Shown piece by piece: positions 42,604 to 52,393 of a DNA stretch of 55,285 nt; the first letter of the stretch is position 1; each line of letters starts with the position of its first letter. The notes below the pieces were generated by a model. The model was not told the origin of the DNA, searched no databases, and saw only the letters and a program-made list of their open reading frames with translations. The translations under genes were made by a program, and so were the position numbers. Origin of the DNA: an uncultured Candidatus Saccharibacteria bacterium (lineage in GTDB: Bacteria; Patescibacteriota; Minisyncoccia; Phycocordibacterales; UBA9973); contig CAZCFW010000001.1 in the NCBI GenBank assembly GCA_964498035.1, positions 1 to 55,285 on the forward strand. Reading direction: 5' to 3'.

Positions 42604-43248
42604 TTATTTAGCTTCTTCTCCTGCACCTTCCTCTTCTTTCTTACCTTTCTTTTCAACTTCGATAGCTGATAGGTCTACTGGTGCTGCCTCCTCTTCCTTC
42701 TCAGCCTTAGCTGGAGCTACGAGTGCGACAACTTCCATACCATCAGTGAGTAATGTAATTCCAGCTGGAAGTACGATATCCTTCGCGTGAATCTGATCTG
42801 CAAGAGTTGCAAGTGATGAGATGTCCACAGCGATTGTGTGAGGAAGATCTTTTGGAAGACCCTTTATCTCCACTTCGTGAAGTACTTTCATAAGTGAACC
42901 AAGTCCTGATTTCTCAGCTTGTGATACACCTGTGAATTCTAGCTCAATACTAACTTCGATTGGCTTGTTCATATCCACAGCAAGGAAGTCTGCGTGTAAT
43001 GGAAAGCTCTTTACTGGGTCAAACTGTACATCATGAATGAGTACGTCTACCTTCTTACCTTCAATATCAACTACTAATGTGCTTGATTCCCCTGCGTCCT
43101 TGAAAGCTTTGATGAAGTCGATGCTAGAGACAGAGATTGGGGTATTCTCCACGCTAGCGCCATAGACGACAGCTGGAATCATGCCTTTTGCGCGCACATC
43201 TTCTAGCTTATCTGCCTTACTTCGCTTTGTTGCGATTAATGTTTTCAT
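42604..43248 (-). CDS. rplY: 50S ribosomal protein L25/Ctc form
   Basis: R...GMIPAVVYG, HDVQFDPV and similar motifs, with an acidic C-terminal tail. The ATG 43248 start is supported by the -10 box 7 nt upstream. Confidence 0.85.
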   Translation of the reverse strand: MKTLIATKRSKADKLEDVRAKGMIPAVVYGASVENTPISVSSIDFIKAFKDAGESSTLVVDIEGKKVDVLIHDVQFDPVKSFPLHADFLAVDMNKPIEVSIELEFTGVSQAEKSGLGSLMKVLHEVEIKGLPKDLPHTIAVDISSLATLADQIHAKDIVLPAGITLLTDGMEVVALVAPAKAEKEEEAAPVDLSAIEVEKKGKKEEEGAGEEAK

Positions 43249-43255
43249 AGGTGGA

Positions 43256-43264
43256 ATCTTAGCA
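43256..43264 (-). promoter_or_regulatory. Extended -10 box TGCTAAGAT (minus), 7 nt upstream of ATG 43248
   Basis: Reverse complement of ATCTTAGCA. Confidence 0.5.
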
Positions 43265-43343
43265 CAGAAAATCATTTTCGGCAAATTTAAATTACACCCT
43301 TATTTTCAAGCCCTTCTAGCCCTTTTTAACTTATACAATGATA

Positions 43344-43372
43344 TTGACATTTAGGCAAAAATATGCTATGAT
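43344..43372 (+). promoter_or_regulatory. Promoter TTGACA-17-TGcTATGAT of the giant repeat-protein gene
   Basis: Perfect -35 and extended -10, followed by a ~70-nt A/C-rich leader that is almost free of G. Confidence 0.55.
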
Positions 43373-43447
43373 TGAGCAAACTTTAAAAAATTAATACAAC
43401 AACAAAAAATCAATCTAATTCACAACAATCAAACCAACTCCTAACAC

Positions 43448-46400
43448 ATGAAAGTTATCAAATTCCTAATCCTGACGCTCGCTTTAATTAGCTTGAGCAA
43501 TCTGACATTCGGTCAATCTACACCATCGGTGCAAACCAATTATGCAAGACGCATATTTGGAACTTCAGCTATTTTGGATGGCTACGTGGATCCTAACAAT
43601 GATTCCACAATCAGCTATTTCATTTATTGGAAAAGCAGTTCAACAAAGATAGATACAAGTGGTATTTACCACAACTATCTTGATGCCGGTGCTATTTCAC
43701 AAACCATTACAGGGCTAACATCAAATACTCTCTACAGTTTCAAGATTGTAGCGAAGAATAAAAATGGAACCAGTAGCGGACTTGTGAATACTTTCTTTAC
43801 CCCGACCATGACGGCTCCAAGTGTTTATACCTGGAACCCTGGTTGGGTTGGTGATACTGATCAATTACAAATAGGTGGAGCTTTCCAAGCAAACGGATTG
43901 ATTACAACTACCTGGTACCAGTACGACAGTCTTCCCACCGCATTCAGAGATTCTACTTCTGCTGTTCTTCAGCAGGAAACTGATCAATGGGGCATGTGGG
44001 AAAATCTGATGAACTTAAAAACGTACAAGAAGTACTACGGTAGATTAGTTGCAAAAAATGATTCCGGAATTACTTATGGCAATACAATTGTCATGAGGAC
44101 ACAGGGCAGTAAACCGCCGATAGTGGCTACGGATTCTGCAACTAATATTATGCAAACATCTGCTTACTTAAATGGAAAGATAAATGCACTAGGTAACTGT
44201 TATAACTGGCGTTTTGAATACGGCACAAGCCCGACTTCATTAAGCAATGTTATCCCATTAAATTATAACAATACTAATTGGGTATGTAATAGTTACTATA
44301 GTGGTAATCCTGATGAAGATTTTGTAAGTACTGTAATTTATGATTTAACAAATAACACTACTTATTATTATCGAATCGTTGGAGAAAGTTGGAGAGGCAC
44401 AACCCGTGGCAATGTAATATCATTTACTACCCAGGGTAGCCTCGCCCCAGATGCAATTACTTTAACTGCGGACAGTGTTTCTTACACTAGTGCTCAGTTG
44501 ATTGGATACTATGATGCAAGGGGTACAACTCCAGTTCAGAATTCATTCGAGTATGGTAAAACCGTTTACTTCGGATTAACAACAGTACCTGTTAGTAATT
44601 CGAAAGCAACTGATTCAGTCAGAGTAAAAGTTCCAAACTTAGAAAGTGGTACTGTATACTTTTTTCGCCTAAAATCGAGAAATCAGCACGGTACGACTTA
44701 CGGGAACGTTATTACTTTTACTACAAAGAATGATCAACCTCCATCAGTAACTACTGATTCGGCAACTGCTGGTCTAACGACTGCAAATGCATATGGTAGT
44801 TATAAACCAAATGGAACAGCTACGGAAACATGGACTGAATGGGATTCTGTCCCAAATTTGTATCGTTTCAGAACTAGCAAAAGTTCTCGTGGAACTACAA
44901 ACGGCAATATTGCCGAAACTATTTCAGGTCTTCTGACTAATCACATATATTATGTGAGGTGTGCTGATTCAAATGCTTTTGGAAAAGCGTATGGTCAAAC
45001 CATCCCAGTGAGAACTCTGAATAATGAGAAACCGAGCACAACGACTGACTCAGCAACAGGAATTGCTGATACATATGCATACCTAAATGCAATTGTAGAT
45101 GGAAAAGGAACAAATAGTAATTATATGTTTGAGTATGGCTTTACGCCTACCTCACTTATAAAAACTACTACTCTAACTTCGTTTGGTATGGGATTCGTTT
45201 TTGTATCTTCCCCAATATTTGGGCTTCCTGCTAACACCATAGTTTACTATCGTATAAAAGCGAATAATACATGGGGTACAAATTTTGGAAGTATCAAATC
45301 ATTTACAACATCGCCTAACCAGGCTCCTGCTGTAAATATTTTTGACAAAGATTCACTTTCACCAACAACGGTACAGCTGAAGATAGCAATTGATGGTAAG
45401 GGTACGTTAAGTAAGGTTGCTGTAAAATACGGAACTTCACTTTCTTTCGGAACCCAAACGATATTTGTAAACGCAACAAAAGTTGTGGATACGATAGTTA
45501 TTAAGTTAGTAAACTTAATTCCTGACTTGTTGCACTACACTGCGCCAATTGGCGAAAATAGTTTTGGTACGACTCAAGGCAGTGTCTTTGGGTTTACTAC
45601 ACCAAATAATGAACCGCCCAGCGTGGCGACTGATTCGTCAAATAATATTGGGCTTAATTCAATAACTGTACACGGAAATTTCGATTCAAAGAAAAATTCA
45701 ACACAGACATGGGTGGTGTACGATACATTGCCAAACATGTTTAGGTTCAGTACTTCTAAAGTTGCACGAGGCACTTCATTGGGAAATATTTCGGATGTCC
45801 TATCTGGGCTTTTGAAAAATCACGTATACTATTTCAAGTATGCGGCTGAAAATTTCTACGGATTAAGTTATGGTCAAACCCTAACTTCAAAAACCACAAA
45901 TGATGAAAAGCCTTTAGCTACAACTGATAGTGCGGATGGTATCACGGATACCTACGCAACCTTGAATGCACTTGTTGATGGAAAAGGAACTGATAGTTAT
46001 TACCAATTCGAGTACGGCGCTTCGCCTACTGCTTTAGTAAAAACAACAGCTCTTACTACTTTCGGGAAAGGATCTTCTTATGTTTCCGCAGTTATCTACG
46101 GACAACAATCAAACTCCACAATTTATTATCGTGTAAAAGCGATTAATAATTGGGGATTTACCAGAGGAAATATTCTTTCTGTAAAGACTGCACCAGCAGG
46201 TACGCCGATTGTTTCAATCTTGACTATCGACTCTATTACTACAAATACTGCGCGAGCGGTAATAGTAATAAATGGACAAGGTACTTTAAGTAAAGTAGCG
46301 CTTAAATATGGTCAAACGCTTTCCTTCGGAACGCAGACAATATTTATAACTGCTAATAAGTTGATCGATACAATCGTAGTTAAACTAAATTCGTTAACAT

Positions 46401-47917
46401 CCGATAAGCAATATTATGTTGCTGCACTCGGTGAGAACAATTTCGGTATAACTCAAAGTACTACTGATGGATTCTACACTCTGAATAATAAACCAGCGAA
46501 GGTTTATTTTAGTTCTATATCTATGCTTCCTACAAGTGCTACTTTTTTTGGATCTTACAATTCAAAGAAAAATAGTACATATGTTTGGGTGCAGTATGGA
46601 ACTAACTCATCGTTGTCTCAAAAAACTAATGTAATTAGCAATCTTTTAGATTCTAATAATTTTAGTTTGACGGCTAATTCCTTACTAGCGAATACATGGT
46701 ATCTTTACCGTTATTATGCAAGTAATGTTTATGGAAGTGATTCGACAGCGATTGACAGCTTCCTTACACCCGGTAATCAAGCACCTTTAGTAATAACAGA
46801 CACTGTTGGAATGTTAGGAACCAGCTACGCTACCCTGAATTTAAGAGTAGATGGAAGAGGAACAAGCACAGTAGTTTATTTCATATATGGTACTAATCCT
46901 TCAAATTTATCTAGCTCTACCCTATCAATGGTATCTGGAAAATACGCAAATTCGATTAACTTACCAGCGTATGGATTAAATTCAAATACTGTTTACTACT
47001 ACAAAGCAGCCTCTGTAAATTCATGGGGTACAAGTTTTGGTTCAGTTTTAAGCTTTAAAACTTTAGACAACCAAAGTGGTCCACCACCAAGTACTAGAAA
47101 AGCTACTATTGTTGTTCTTACAACAAGTTCTGGTTCAACCTATGGAACTGTGAATGCGACCTTTAACGGTCACGGAAATAGTTTCTCGTATTGGGTAGAA
47201 TATAACGACCAATTTACTTGGGCTAGTACGTCTATTATGACAAGCAAGGATACTGGGATTCAAACAATTCCAATCCTAATACCTAATTTGTTAATGAATC
47301 GTGTGTGGTATTGTACTGTACACCTAAAAAATTCTTTAACAGATACCGTTGCTTTTGTTGAACTAAGCACGTTCAACATAATGCCTCCGATTGCTAAGAC
47401 ATTAGATATTCTTGGTATCATGAATGACAGAGCCATATTTCATGGCTATTATGATGGTTTTGATGCTGGGGCTACAACGTGGTTTGAATACGGAGATTCG
47501 TTTCCTCTTTCAAACCAAACGAATAAAATATTTCACAATGGGACTCACGACAGTTTATCTCTACTGGTAAATAATCTGAAGCCCGGAAAAAAATATTTTT
47601 ACCGTTTTGCCGCAAAGAATAGTTATGGTACCAATTATGGTGACCCAGTTCAGTTCAAGACCTCAGGTATAGCATCTGGTATTAAAAATGATGTAGCTAA
47701 AGGAAAAATTTCGGTTTATCCTAATCCTACAACTGGTGTAGTAAAAGTCACCGGCTATGAGGGTGTTGTTGTATTAATTGATTTAACAGGCAAGGAACTA
47801 TTCCGAAAAACTGTTAATCAAAGTAACAATGTTCTCGATCTTTCTGGTTTAGGAGCTGGTATGTATATGCTTTACTCTGAAAACCATTCTTTGATGCAAA
47901 AAATTATAATAAATTAA
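43448..47917 (+). CDS. Giant secreted protein (1489 aa): 14 tandem Fn3-like modules plus T9SS-type C-terminal sorting domain
   Basis: Signal peptide, then ~97-aa modules each ending ...Y(Y/F)(Y/F)R..A.N..G...G....F.T. The final ~70 aa (ISVYPNPTTGVVKV...IDLTGKELF...LDLSGLGAGMYML...QKIIIN) match the Por/T9SS type A sorting-domain pattern. Confidence 0.8.
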   Translation: MKVIKFLILTLALISLSNLTFGQSTPSVQTNYARRIFGTSAILDGYVDPNNDSTISYFIYWKSSSTKIDTSGIYHNYLDAGAISQTITGLTSNTLYSFKIVAKNKNGTSSGLVNTFFTPTMTAPSVYTWNPGWVGDTDQLQIGGAFQANGLITTTWYQYDSLPTAFRDSTSAVLQQETDQWGMWENLMNLKTYKKYYGRLVAKNDSGITYGNTIVMRTQGSKPPIVATDSATNIMQTSAYLNGKINALGNCYNWRFEYGTSPTSLSNVIPLNYNNTNWVCNSYYSGNPDEDFVSTVIYDLTNNTTYYYRIVGESWRGTTRGNVISFTTQGSLAPDAITLTADSVSYTSAQLIGYYDARGTTPVQNSFEYGKTVYFGLTTVPVSNSKATDSVRVKVPNLESGTVYFFRLKSRNQHGTTYGNVITFTTKNDQPPSVTTDSATAGLTTANAYGSYKPNGTATETWTEWDSVPNLYRFRTSKSSRGTTNGNIAETISGLLTNHIYYVRCADSNAFGKAYGQTIPVRTLNNEKPSTTTDSATGIADTYAYLNAIVDGKGTNSNYMFEYGFTPTSLIKTTTLTSFGMGFVFVSSPIFGLPANTIVYYRIKANNTWGTNFGSIKSFTTSPNQAPAVNIFDKDSLSPTTVQLKIAIDGKGTLSKVAVKYGTSLSFGTQTIFVNATKVVDTIVIKLVNLIPDLLHYTAPIGENSFGTTQGSVFGFTTPNNEPPSVATDSSNNIGLNSITVHGNFDSKKNSTQTWVVYDTLPNMFRFSTSKVARGTSLGNISDVLSGLLKNHVYYFKYAAENFYGLSYGQTLTSKTTNDEKPLATTDSADGITDTYATLNALVDGKGTDSYYQFEYGASPTALVKTTALTTFGKGSSYVSAVIYGQQSNSTIYYRVKAINNWGFTRGNILSVKTAPAGTPIVSILTIDSITTNTARAVIVINGQGTLSKVALKYGQTLSFGTQTIFITANKLIDTIVVKLNSLTSDKQYYVAALGENNFGITQSTTDGFYTLNNKPAKVYFSSISMLPTSATFFGSYNSKKNSTYVWVQYGTNSSLSQKTNVISNLLDSNNFSLTANSLLANTWYLYRYYASNVYGSDSTAIDSFLTPGNQAPLVITDTVGMLGTSYATLNLRVDGRGTSTVVYFIYGTNPSNLSSSTLSMVSGKYANSINLPAYGLNSNTVYYYKAASVNSWGTSFGSVLSFKTLDNQSGPPPSTRKATIVVLTTSSGSTYGTVNATFNGHGNSFSYWVEYNDQFTWASTSIMTSKDTGIQTIPILIPNLLMNRVWYCTVHLKNSLTDTVAFVELSTFNIMPPIAKTLDILGIMNDRAIFHGYYDGFDAGATTWFEYGDSFPLSNQTNKIFHNGTHDSLSLLVNNLKPGKKYFYRFAAKNSYGTNYGDPVQFKTSGIASGIKNDVAKGKISVYPNPTTGVVKVTGYEGVVVLIDLTGKELFRKTVNQSNNVLDLSGLGAGMYMLYSENHSLMQKIIIN
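43814..47380 (+). repeat. Four copies of a ~292-aa (about 876-nt) three-module super-repeat inside the giant gene
   Basis: Approximate aa blocks are 123-430, 431-722, 723-1015 and 1016-1311. PPSVTTDSAT (431) recurs as PPSVATDS (723). Each A, B and C module type aligns with its counterpart one period later. Confidence 0.7.
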
Positions 47918-47935
47918 TTGCATAATTCTAAAATT

Positions 47936-47968
47936 AAAACCGCTTTCTTAATTGAAAGCGGTTTTTTT
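47936..47968. terminator. Bidirectional terminator
   Basis: AAAACCGCTTTC-TTAATT-GAAAGCGGTTTTTTT. Confidence 0.75.
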
Positions 47969-48227
47969 ATATGGTATTTTCAGGGAGAGGTAAAGGCAAT
48001 GCTTTGTATTCGTTTAATTTTTTTTCTACCTGCTCTCTTTCTGATTCATTGCTATTTTGGTAAAAACGATGGGTATATGCAGATATGGCAAACGCATTGT
48101 GTATAAGATCTTGGCTCCATCCTACATCTTCCAATTCCCCATGTATCACATGCTGAGACTTTTCGAGCAATTTCTGCCCGACAATATAACTTGCTAGTAA
48201 TTCTATGTTTTCTGCACTGCTTTTCAT
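47967..48227 (-). CDS. Hypothetical protein (86 aa)
   Basis: ORF 4 nt downstream of the FAD-oxidase gene on the same strand. No recognisable domain. Confidence 0.35.
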   Translation of the reverse strand: MKSSAENIELLASYIVGQKLLEKSQHVIHGELEDVGWSQDLIHNAFAISAYTHRFYQNSNESEREQVEKKLNEYKALPLPLPENTI

Positions 48228-48231
48228 ATAT

Positions 48232-49974
48232 TTAAATTTTGTGGGATTTCTCGTGACCTTCGTTTATGATATGAGTCTTTATATATTCTTCAGTTCCGGC
48301 TCCACTCTCCCCTAGAGCAACTTTTTTACCTGGGTTGAAGATGTTTAAAGGGTCGAAGATTTTTTTGGTTTGTTCGAAAAGTGAATAAATCTTTTCGCCA
48401 TACATTTGCTTCAGGAACGGCGTGCGGATCAGTCCATCATTGTGTTCGGCAGTAGTCGAGCCTTTATACTCTAGCACCAAGTCGTAAACCTTCTTGGATA
48501 AATCTAGAATAATTTTTGAAGTATTTTCATCCTTGAAATCCATAAGCGGAATTATGTGGAAGTTACCATTTCCAGCGTGGCCGGCGATGGTGTAAGTAAT
48601 CGGATATATGTTTAATATCTTTTGAAGTTTAGGAAGGAATTCTGGGAGTGTCTCTGGGCGGACTACGATATCGTCGATAAATGGTGCTGTGTGCTTGTCC
48701 TTCACATGCTTGCGTAGTAATGCGAAGCTCTCGCGGCGAATATCCCAGTACTTATTTGCGTCAGTTTTACTTCTTGTAATTCTGGCACTATAATTGAATG
48801 GCTTAACTTTCTCAAGCAATTTCTTTGCTTCTTTTGCAATCTCCTTTTCATCGTTCCCCGCGAATTCCACTAGCAAGATTAATTTTGGCATTCCAGAGGT
48901 TAGCATCATTATCGCCTCAGGCCAGAAGCTCCACATAAAACGGAGCATTCCCCATAGTCCTTTATTCTTTAAAAAGTCTGGGAAGAATTTAATAGCGAGC
49001 TTCATTGTGGCATCATCATAGCTTTCAATACTCTCAGGATGAAATGGCAAGATAGTATCCACAAGCTCTCCAAGGCGTGATAAATCCTTCATGAATATTA
49101 CGGCAAGCTTTGTAGCAGGCTTTACGTCCACTAAATGAAAAGTAATTTCTGTTACCAAGCCGAATGTGCCTTGTGACCCTACTATCAGCTTAGGCAAATC
49201 AAAAATTTCTGTATTTTTATCATATACATTCCACAAATAGTACCCCGCAGAATTTTTTGATACATTTGGTTTTGCATTTTCAATAATATTCAAATTATCT
49301 TTAATGAGTGCGAGTAAATTCTTATAGAGTTCTCCTTCGAAATCTCCTTGTGCAATTTTCGCGTAGAGTTCCTTTTTTGTGAGTGATTTTACTGTATATT
49401 CTCTACCATCAGCAAGCACTATCTTTACCTCACTCACATAATCTTCTGTTTTTCCATAGTTTAGAGTCTTTTCTCCAGCAGAATTATTGCCTACCATTCC
49501 GCCCATCGCATTTATACTCTTCGATGCTGTGTAGCAAGGGAGCAATAAATTTTCTTTAAGTGTCGCCACTTCAAAATCACGATAGAAGCATCCAGGCATG
49601 ACCGTTGCCTTACCAGATATTTTCACATTATGAGCGTTTGGATATTTCGGAAGTATTTCAAATGATTCAACTTTTTCCACGCGCTTTATTTCATTCATGT
49701 ACTTAGTGAAATCGAGTATTATGGATTCACCAATTGCTCCGCCAGCCATACATGTGCCAGCTGAGCGTGCTGTTATAGAGTATTTACTTCCCTTTTCATT
49801 TTCTTTATTTACCCACTTCACAAGATTGCACACATCTTCAGAATTTTTTGGGAAAACTACAACCTCGGGTCTTACCTCAAGTAAGCTGGCATCACGGGAG
49901 TATTTTGTAAGCACTTCTTCACTGTTTTCTACGTCACCTTTAATAAAATTTTTGAGTTCTTTTGCTAATTCCAT
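48232..49974 (-). CDS. FAD-linked oxidase (GlcD/D-lactate dehydrogenase-like)
   Basis: FAD_binding_4-type N-terminus (VVFPKNSEDVCNLVKW...ITARSAGTCMAGGAI) and a C-terminal oxidase domain. ATG 49974 is preferred over GTG 49989 because a TATACT box lies 6 nt upstream of it. Confidence 0.85.
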   Translation of the reverse strand: MELAKELKNFIKGDVENSEEVLTKYSRDASLLEVRPEVVVFPKNSEDVCNLVKWVNKENEKGSKYSITARSAGTCMAGGAIGESIILDFTKYMNEIKRVEKVESFEILPKYPNAHNVKISGKATVMPGCFYRDFEVATLKENLLLPCYTASKSINAMGGMVGNNSAGEKTLNYGKTEDYVSEVKIVLADGREYTVKSLTKKELYAKIAQGDFEGELYKNLLALIKDNLNIIENAKPNVSKNSAGYYLWNVYDKNTEIFDLPKLIVGSQGTFGLVTEITFHLVDVKPATKLAVIFMKDLSRLGELVDTILPFHPESIESYDDATMKLAIKFFPDFLKNKGLWGMLRFMWSFWPEAIMMLTSGMPKLILLVEFAGNDEKEIAKEAKKLLEKVKPFNYSARITRSKTDANKYWDIRRESFALLRKHVKDKHTAPFIDDIVVRPETLPEFLPKLQKILNIYPITYTIAGHAGNGNFHIIPLMDFKDENTSKIILDLSKKVYDLVLEYKGSTTAEHNDGLIRTPFLKQMYGEKIYSLFEQTKKIFDPLNIFNPGKKVALGESGAGTEEYIKTHIINEGHEKSHKI

Positions 49975-50032
49975 GCATATAGTATACACCTTTTATAAAA
50001 TATTGATAAATTTACAAACTTACGCCTTGCTA

Positions 50033-50041
50033 TGGTATAAT
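50033..50041 (+). promoter_or_regulatory. Extended -10 box TGGTATAAT, 6 nt upstream of ATG 50048
   Basis: It defines the real start of the kinase gene. The ORF-track start at 49697 lies inside the opposite-strand oxidase gene. Confidence 0.55.
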
Positions 50042-50047
50042 CGAGGT

Positions 50048-51037
50048 ATGAAGCATATACAATTTTTAGGTTTGGGCGATATTGTGACTGATGTTTTTAT
50101 TACTTTAAAGGATGCCACAGTGAACTGTGACGTCGATAATCATAATTGTAAATTGTGTGTAGATTTCGGTGCGAAGATTCCTTATGAAGATGCCACAGAA
50201 GTGCAAGCCGTGGGCAACAGTGCAAATGCCGCAGTCTCTGCAGCTCGCCTCGGTCTCTCCTCTTCACTTGTAGTAGGTATCGGAAAGGATTTCCATGGTG
50301 ACAATTGTATAACAGCACTTAAAAAAGAAAATGTAGATACTAGTTATATTTCAGTATCAAGTGAATATCCTACAAACTATCACTATGTGCTCAAGTATGG
50401 TCCAGAGAGAACTATCCTCGTGAAGCATGCTCCATTTATTTATACATTGCCAGAAGATGCGACTGTAGACATGCTCTATTTCAGTTCTATTGGCTCACAT
50501 GCGATAGCATTCCACGATGAAGTAGTAAAGTGGTTAGCGAAACACCCGGAGACAAAGATGGCCTTCCAGCCAGGCACTTTCCAGATTATTGCCGGCAAGG
50601 AAAGATTGGCGGAAGTATATAAAAATACATATCTATTTTTCTGTAATGTAGAAGAAGCTCAAACTATCCTAGGAACTCAAGAGAAGGATATAAAGAAGCT
50701 TCACGACATGATTCGTGCACTCGGACCGAAATATATCGTAATTACAGACGGACCAAATGGTCTTACGGGGAGCGATGGTGAGAAGTATTACAGTCTTCCA
50801 ATGTTTCCTGATGAGAAGCCTCCATTTGATCGCACAGGAGCTGGAGATGCTACATCATCAACTATTGCGGCAATGATGGCAAATGGAGTACCATTTACAG
50901 AGTCACTGAGATATGGGCCGATAAACTCAATGAGTGTGGTAATGTATATGGGTGCACAAGCAGGCCTCTTATCTAAGAATAAATTAGATGAGTATTTGCA
51001 AAAGGCACCGGAAGATTATAAGATTAAAGAAATATAA
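50048..51037 (+). CDS. PfkB family carbohydrate kinase (ribokinase-like)
   Basis: GLGDIVTD N-terminal motif and DRTGAGDATSS (PfkB signature 2). Confidence 0.85.
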   Translation: MKHIQFLGLGDIVTDVFITLKDATVNCDVDNHNCKLCVDFGAKIPYEDATEVQAVGNSANAAVSAARLGLSSSLVVGIGKDFHGDNCITALKKENVDTSYISVSSEYPTNYHYVLKYGPERTILVKHAPFIYTLPEDATVDMLYFSSIGSHAIAFHDEVVKWLAKHPETKMAFQPGTFQIIAGKERLAEVYKNTYLFFCNVEEAQTILGTQEKDIKKLHDMIRALGPKYIVITDGPNGLTGSDGEKYYSLPMFPDEKPPFDRTGAGDATSSTIAAMMANGVPFTESLRYGPINSMSVVMYMGAQAGLLSKNKLDEYLQKAPEDYKIKEI

Positions 51038-51050
51038 TTCATTAAACTTT

Positions 51051-51362
51051 ATGGAACAAAAACCAGAACGAGCGCCTACAACAGAAAATATTAAAGTAGA
51101 TTCTGCTGAAAATTCACTTATTGAGAGTCAAAAGGCATCTCTCAAAGCTCAGATAGAAGAGAAAGAAAAAGAAAATAAATCACTTCACGAAGCATACCAA
51201 GCTTCACTTGACGCCTTGGATAAACTTGCAGAAGATAGAGATTATGTAATGAAATTTCCCATAGAGAGCGCAAAGGTCCAACGAGAAGCATACGATTTAT
51301 ATGTACATGATAGAGAACTTCAAGATTTGAAGAATAATCTGAGAGATTTAGAAGAAATATAA
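51051..51362 (+). CDS. Hypothetical coiled-coil protein (103 aa)
   Basis: ATG 51051 is chosen because the longer ORF overlaps the kinase gene. Charged heptad-like sequence. Confidence 0.4.
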   Translation: MEQKPERAPTTENIKVDSAENSLIESQKASLKAQIEEKEKENKSLHEAYQASLDALDKLAEDRDYVMKFPIESAKVQREAYDLYVHDRELQDLKNNLRDLEEI

Positions 51363-51367
51363 TTAAT

Positions 51368-51402
51368 AAAAAAAATCCCGACTATTGTGTCGGGATTTTT
51401 TT
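51368..51402. terminator. Bidirectional terminator
   Basis: AAAAAAAATCCCGAC-TATTGT-GTCGGGATTTTTTT. Confidence 0.75.
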
Positions 51403-51405
51403 ATT

Positions 51406-52392
51406 CTATTTTATGATTTCTTCTACTGCTTTTGTGATATCCTTTACGCCCATACCATAGTGCTCTATGAGCTCTTCAGGCTTCCCAGATTGGCCGTATA
51501 GATCTTGTACTCCGATGAATGCCATCTTTGTAGGGTAAACTTTTGCCAAGTATTCAGCAATAGCGGAACCCATACCTCCGGCTATCTGGTGCTCCTCGAC
51601 AGTTACAATTTTGTTTGTTTCTTTAGCGAGAGCAAGGATAGCTTCTTCGTCGAGAGGTTTAATAGTTGCGAGGTTTAGAACTTTCACCTTTATTCCCTTC
51701 TCTTCCAAATTCTTCGCTGTTTTAATTGCATTGTGTAGGAGTGGTCCGCAAGCGACTATCCCGACGTCTGCATTTCCCTCTGGTGCAAATACTGTCTGTG
51801 CTTTTCCGATTTCAAATGGAGTATCAAGAGTTGTCATTATAGGAGTCTTCTCACGAGCAAGGCGGAGGTATGTAGGTTCTTTCGTCTTTGCACAGGCTAT
51901 TGTCGCCTTCTTGGCCTCAATAGCATCACAAGGATAAATAACAGTCATATTTGGAAGCACACGAGTGATTGCGATGTCTTCAATTGCTTGGTGGGTTCCA
52001 CCATCAGGTCCTACAGATACTCCTGCGTGTGAGCCTACGATTACAACCTTGCTATTGTTGTAGCAGATTGTAGTACGGATCTGCTCCCAGCTACGGCCGG
52101 GAGAGAACATTGCGTATGAAGATGTAAATGGAATCTTACCCATTGCCGCCATTCCCGCTGCAACTGTGACTAAGTTCTGCTCTGAAATTCCTACTTGCAC
52201 GAAACGCTCTGGGAATTTCTCTGCGAAAATATTCATCATTGTAGAGCCTGTAAGGTCTGCACAAAGTGCTACCACGTTCTTATCCGCCTCACCAGCTGCG
52301 AGTAGTCCCTCACCGAAACCTTTTCTAGTAGGCACTTGCTCCACATCCGCATCAAACATTTTTGTATTTAGTTTTAGATTTGAATTAAGCAT
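51406..52392 (-). CDS. Transketolase, C-terminal section (pyrimidine-binding + C-terminal domains)
   Basis: RKGFGEGL...DL.GST...F..FPERF...GI.EQN and related motifs. ATG 52392 lies 1 nt after the upstream stop, and the alternative start at 52410 is TTG. Confidence 0.9.
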   Translation of the reverse strand: MLNSNLKLNTKMFDADVEQVPTRKGFGEGLLAAGEADKNVVALCADLTGSTMMNIFAEKFPERFVQVGISEQNLVTVAAGMAAMGKIPFTSSYAMFSPGRSWEQIRTTICYNNSKVVIVGSHAGVSVGPDGGTHQAIEDIAITRVLPNMTVIYPCDAIEAKKATIACAKTKEPTYLRLAREKTPIMTTLDTPFEIGKAQTVFAPEGNADVGIVACGPLLHNAIKTAKNLEEKGIKVKVLNLATIKPLDEEAILALAKETNKIVTVEEHQIAGGMGSAIAEYLAKVYPTKMAFIGVQDLYGQSGKPEELIEHYGMGVKDITKAVEEIIK

Positions 52393-52393
52393 A

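Noticed and set aside
42551-42790. 79-aa plus-strand ORF (Ala/Ser-rich) opposite the rplY 3' end
   Set aside because: It is the antisense reading of the acidic, low-complexity tail of L25.
49697-50047. 117-aa N-terminal extension of the PfkB kinase ORF
   Set aside because: The extension runs antisense through the 5' end of the FAD-oxidase gene. A TGGTATAAT box lies 6 nt before ATG 50048, and MKHIQFLGLGD is a typical PfkB N-terminus.
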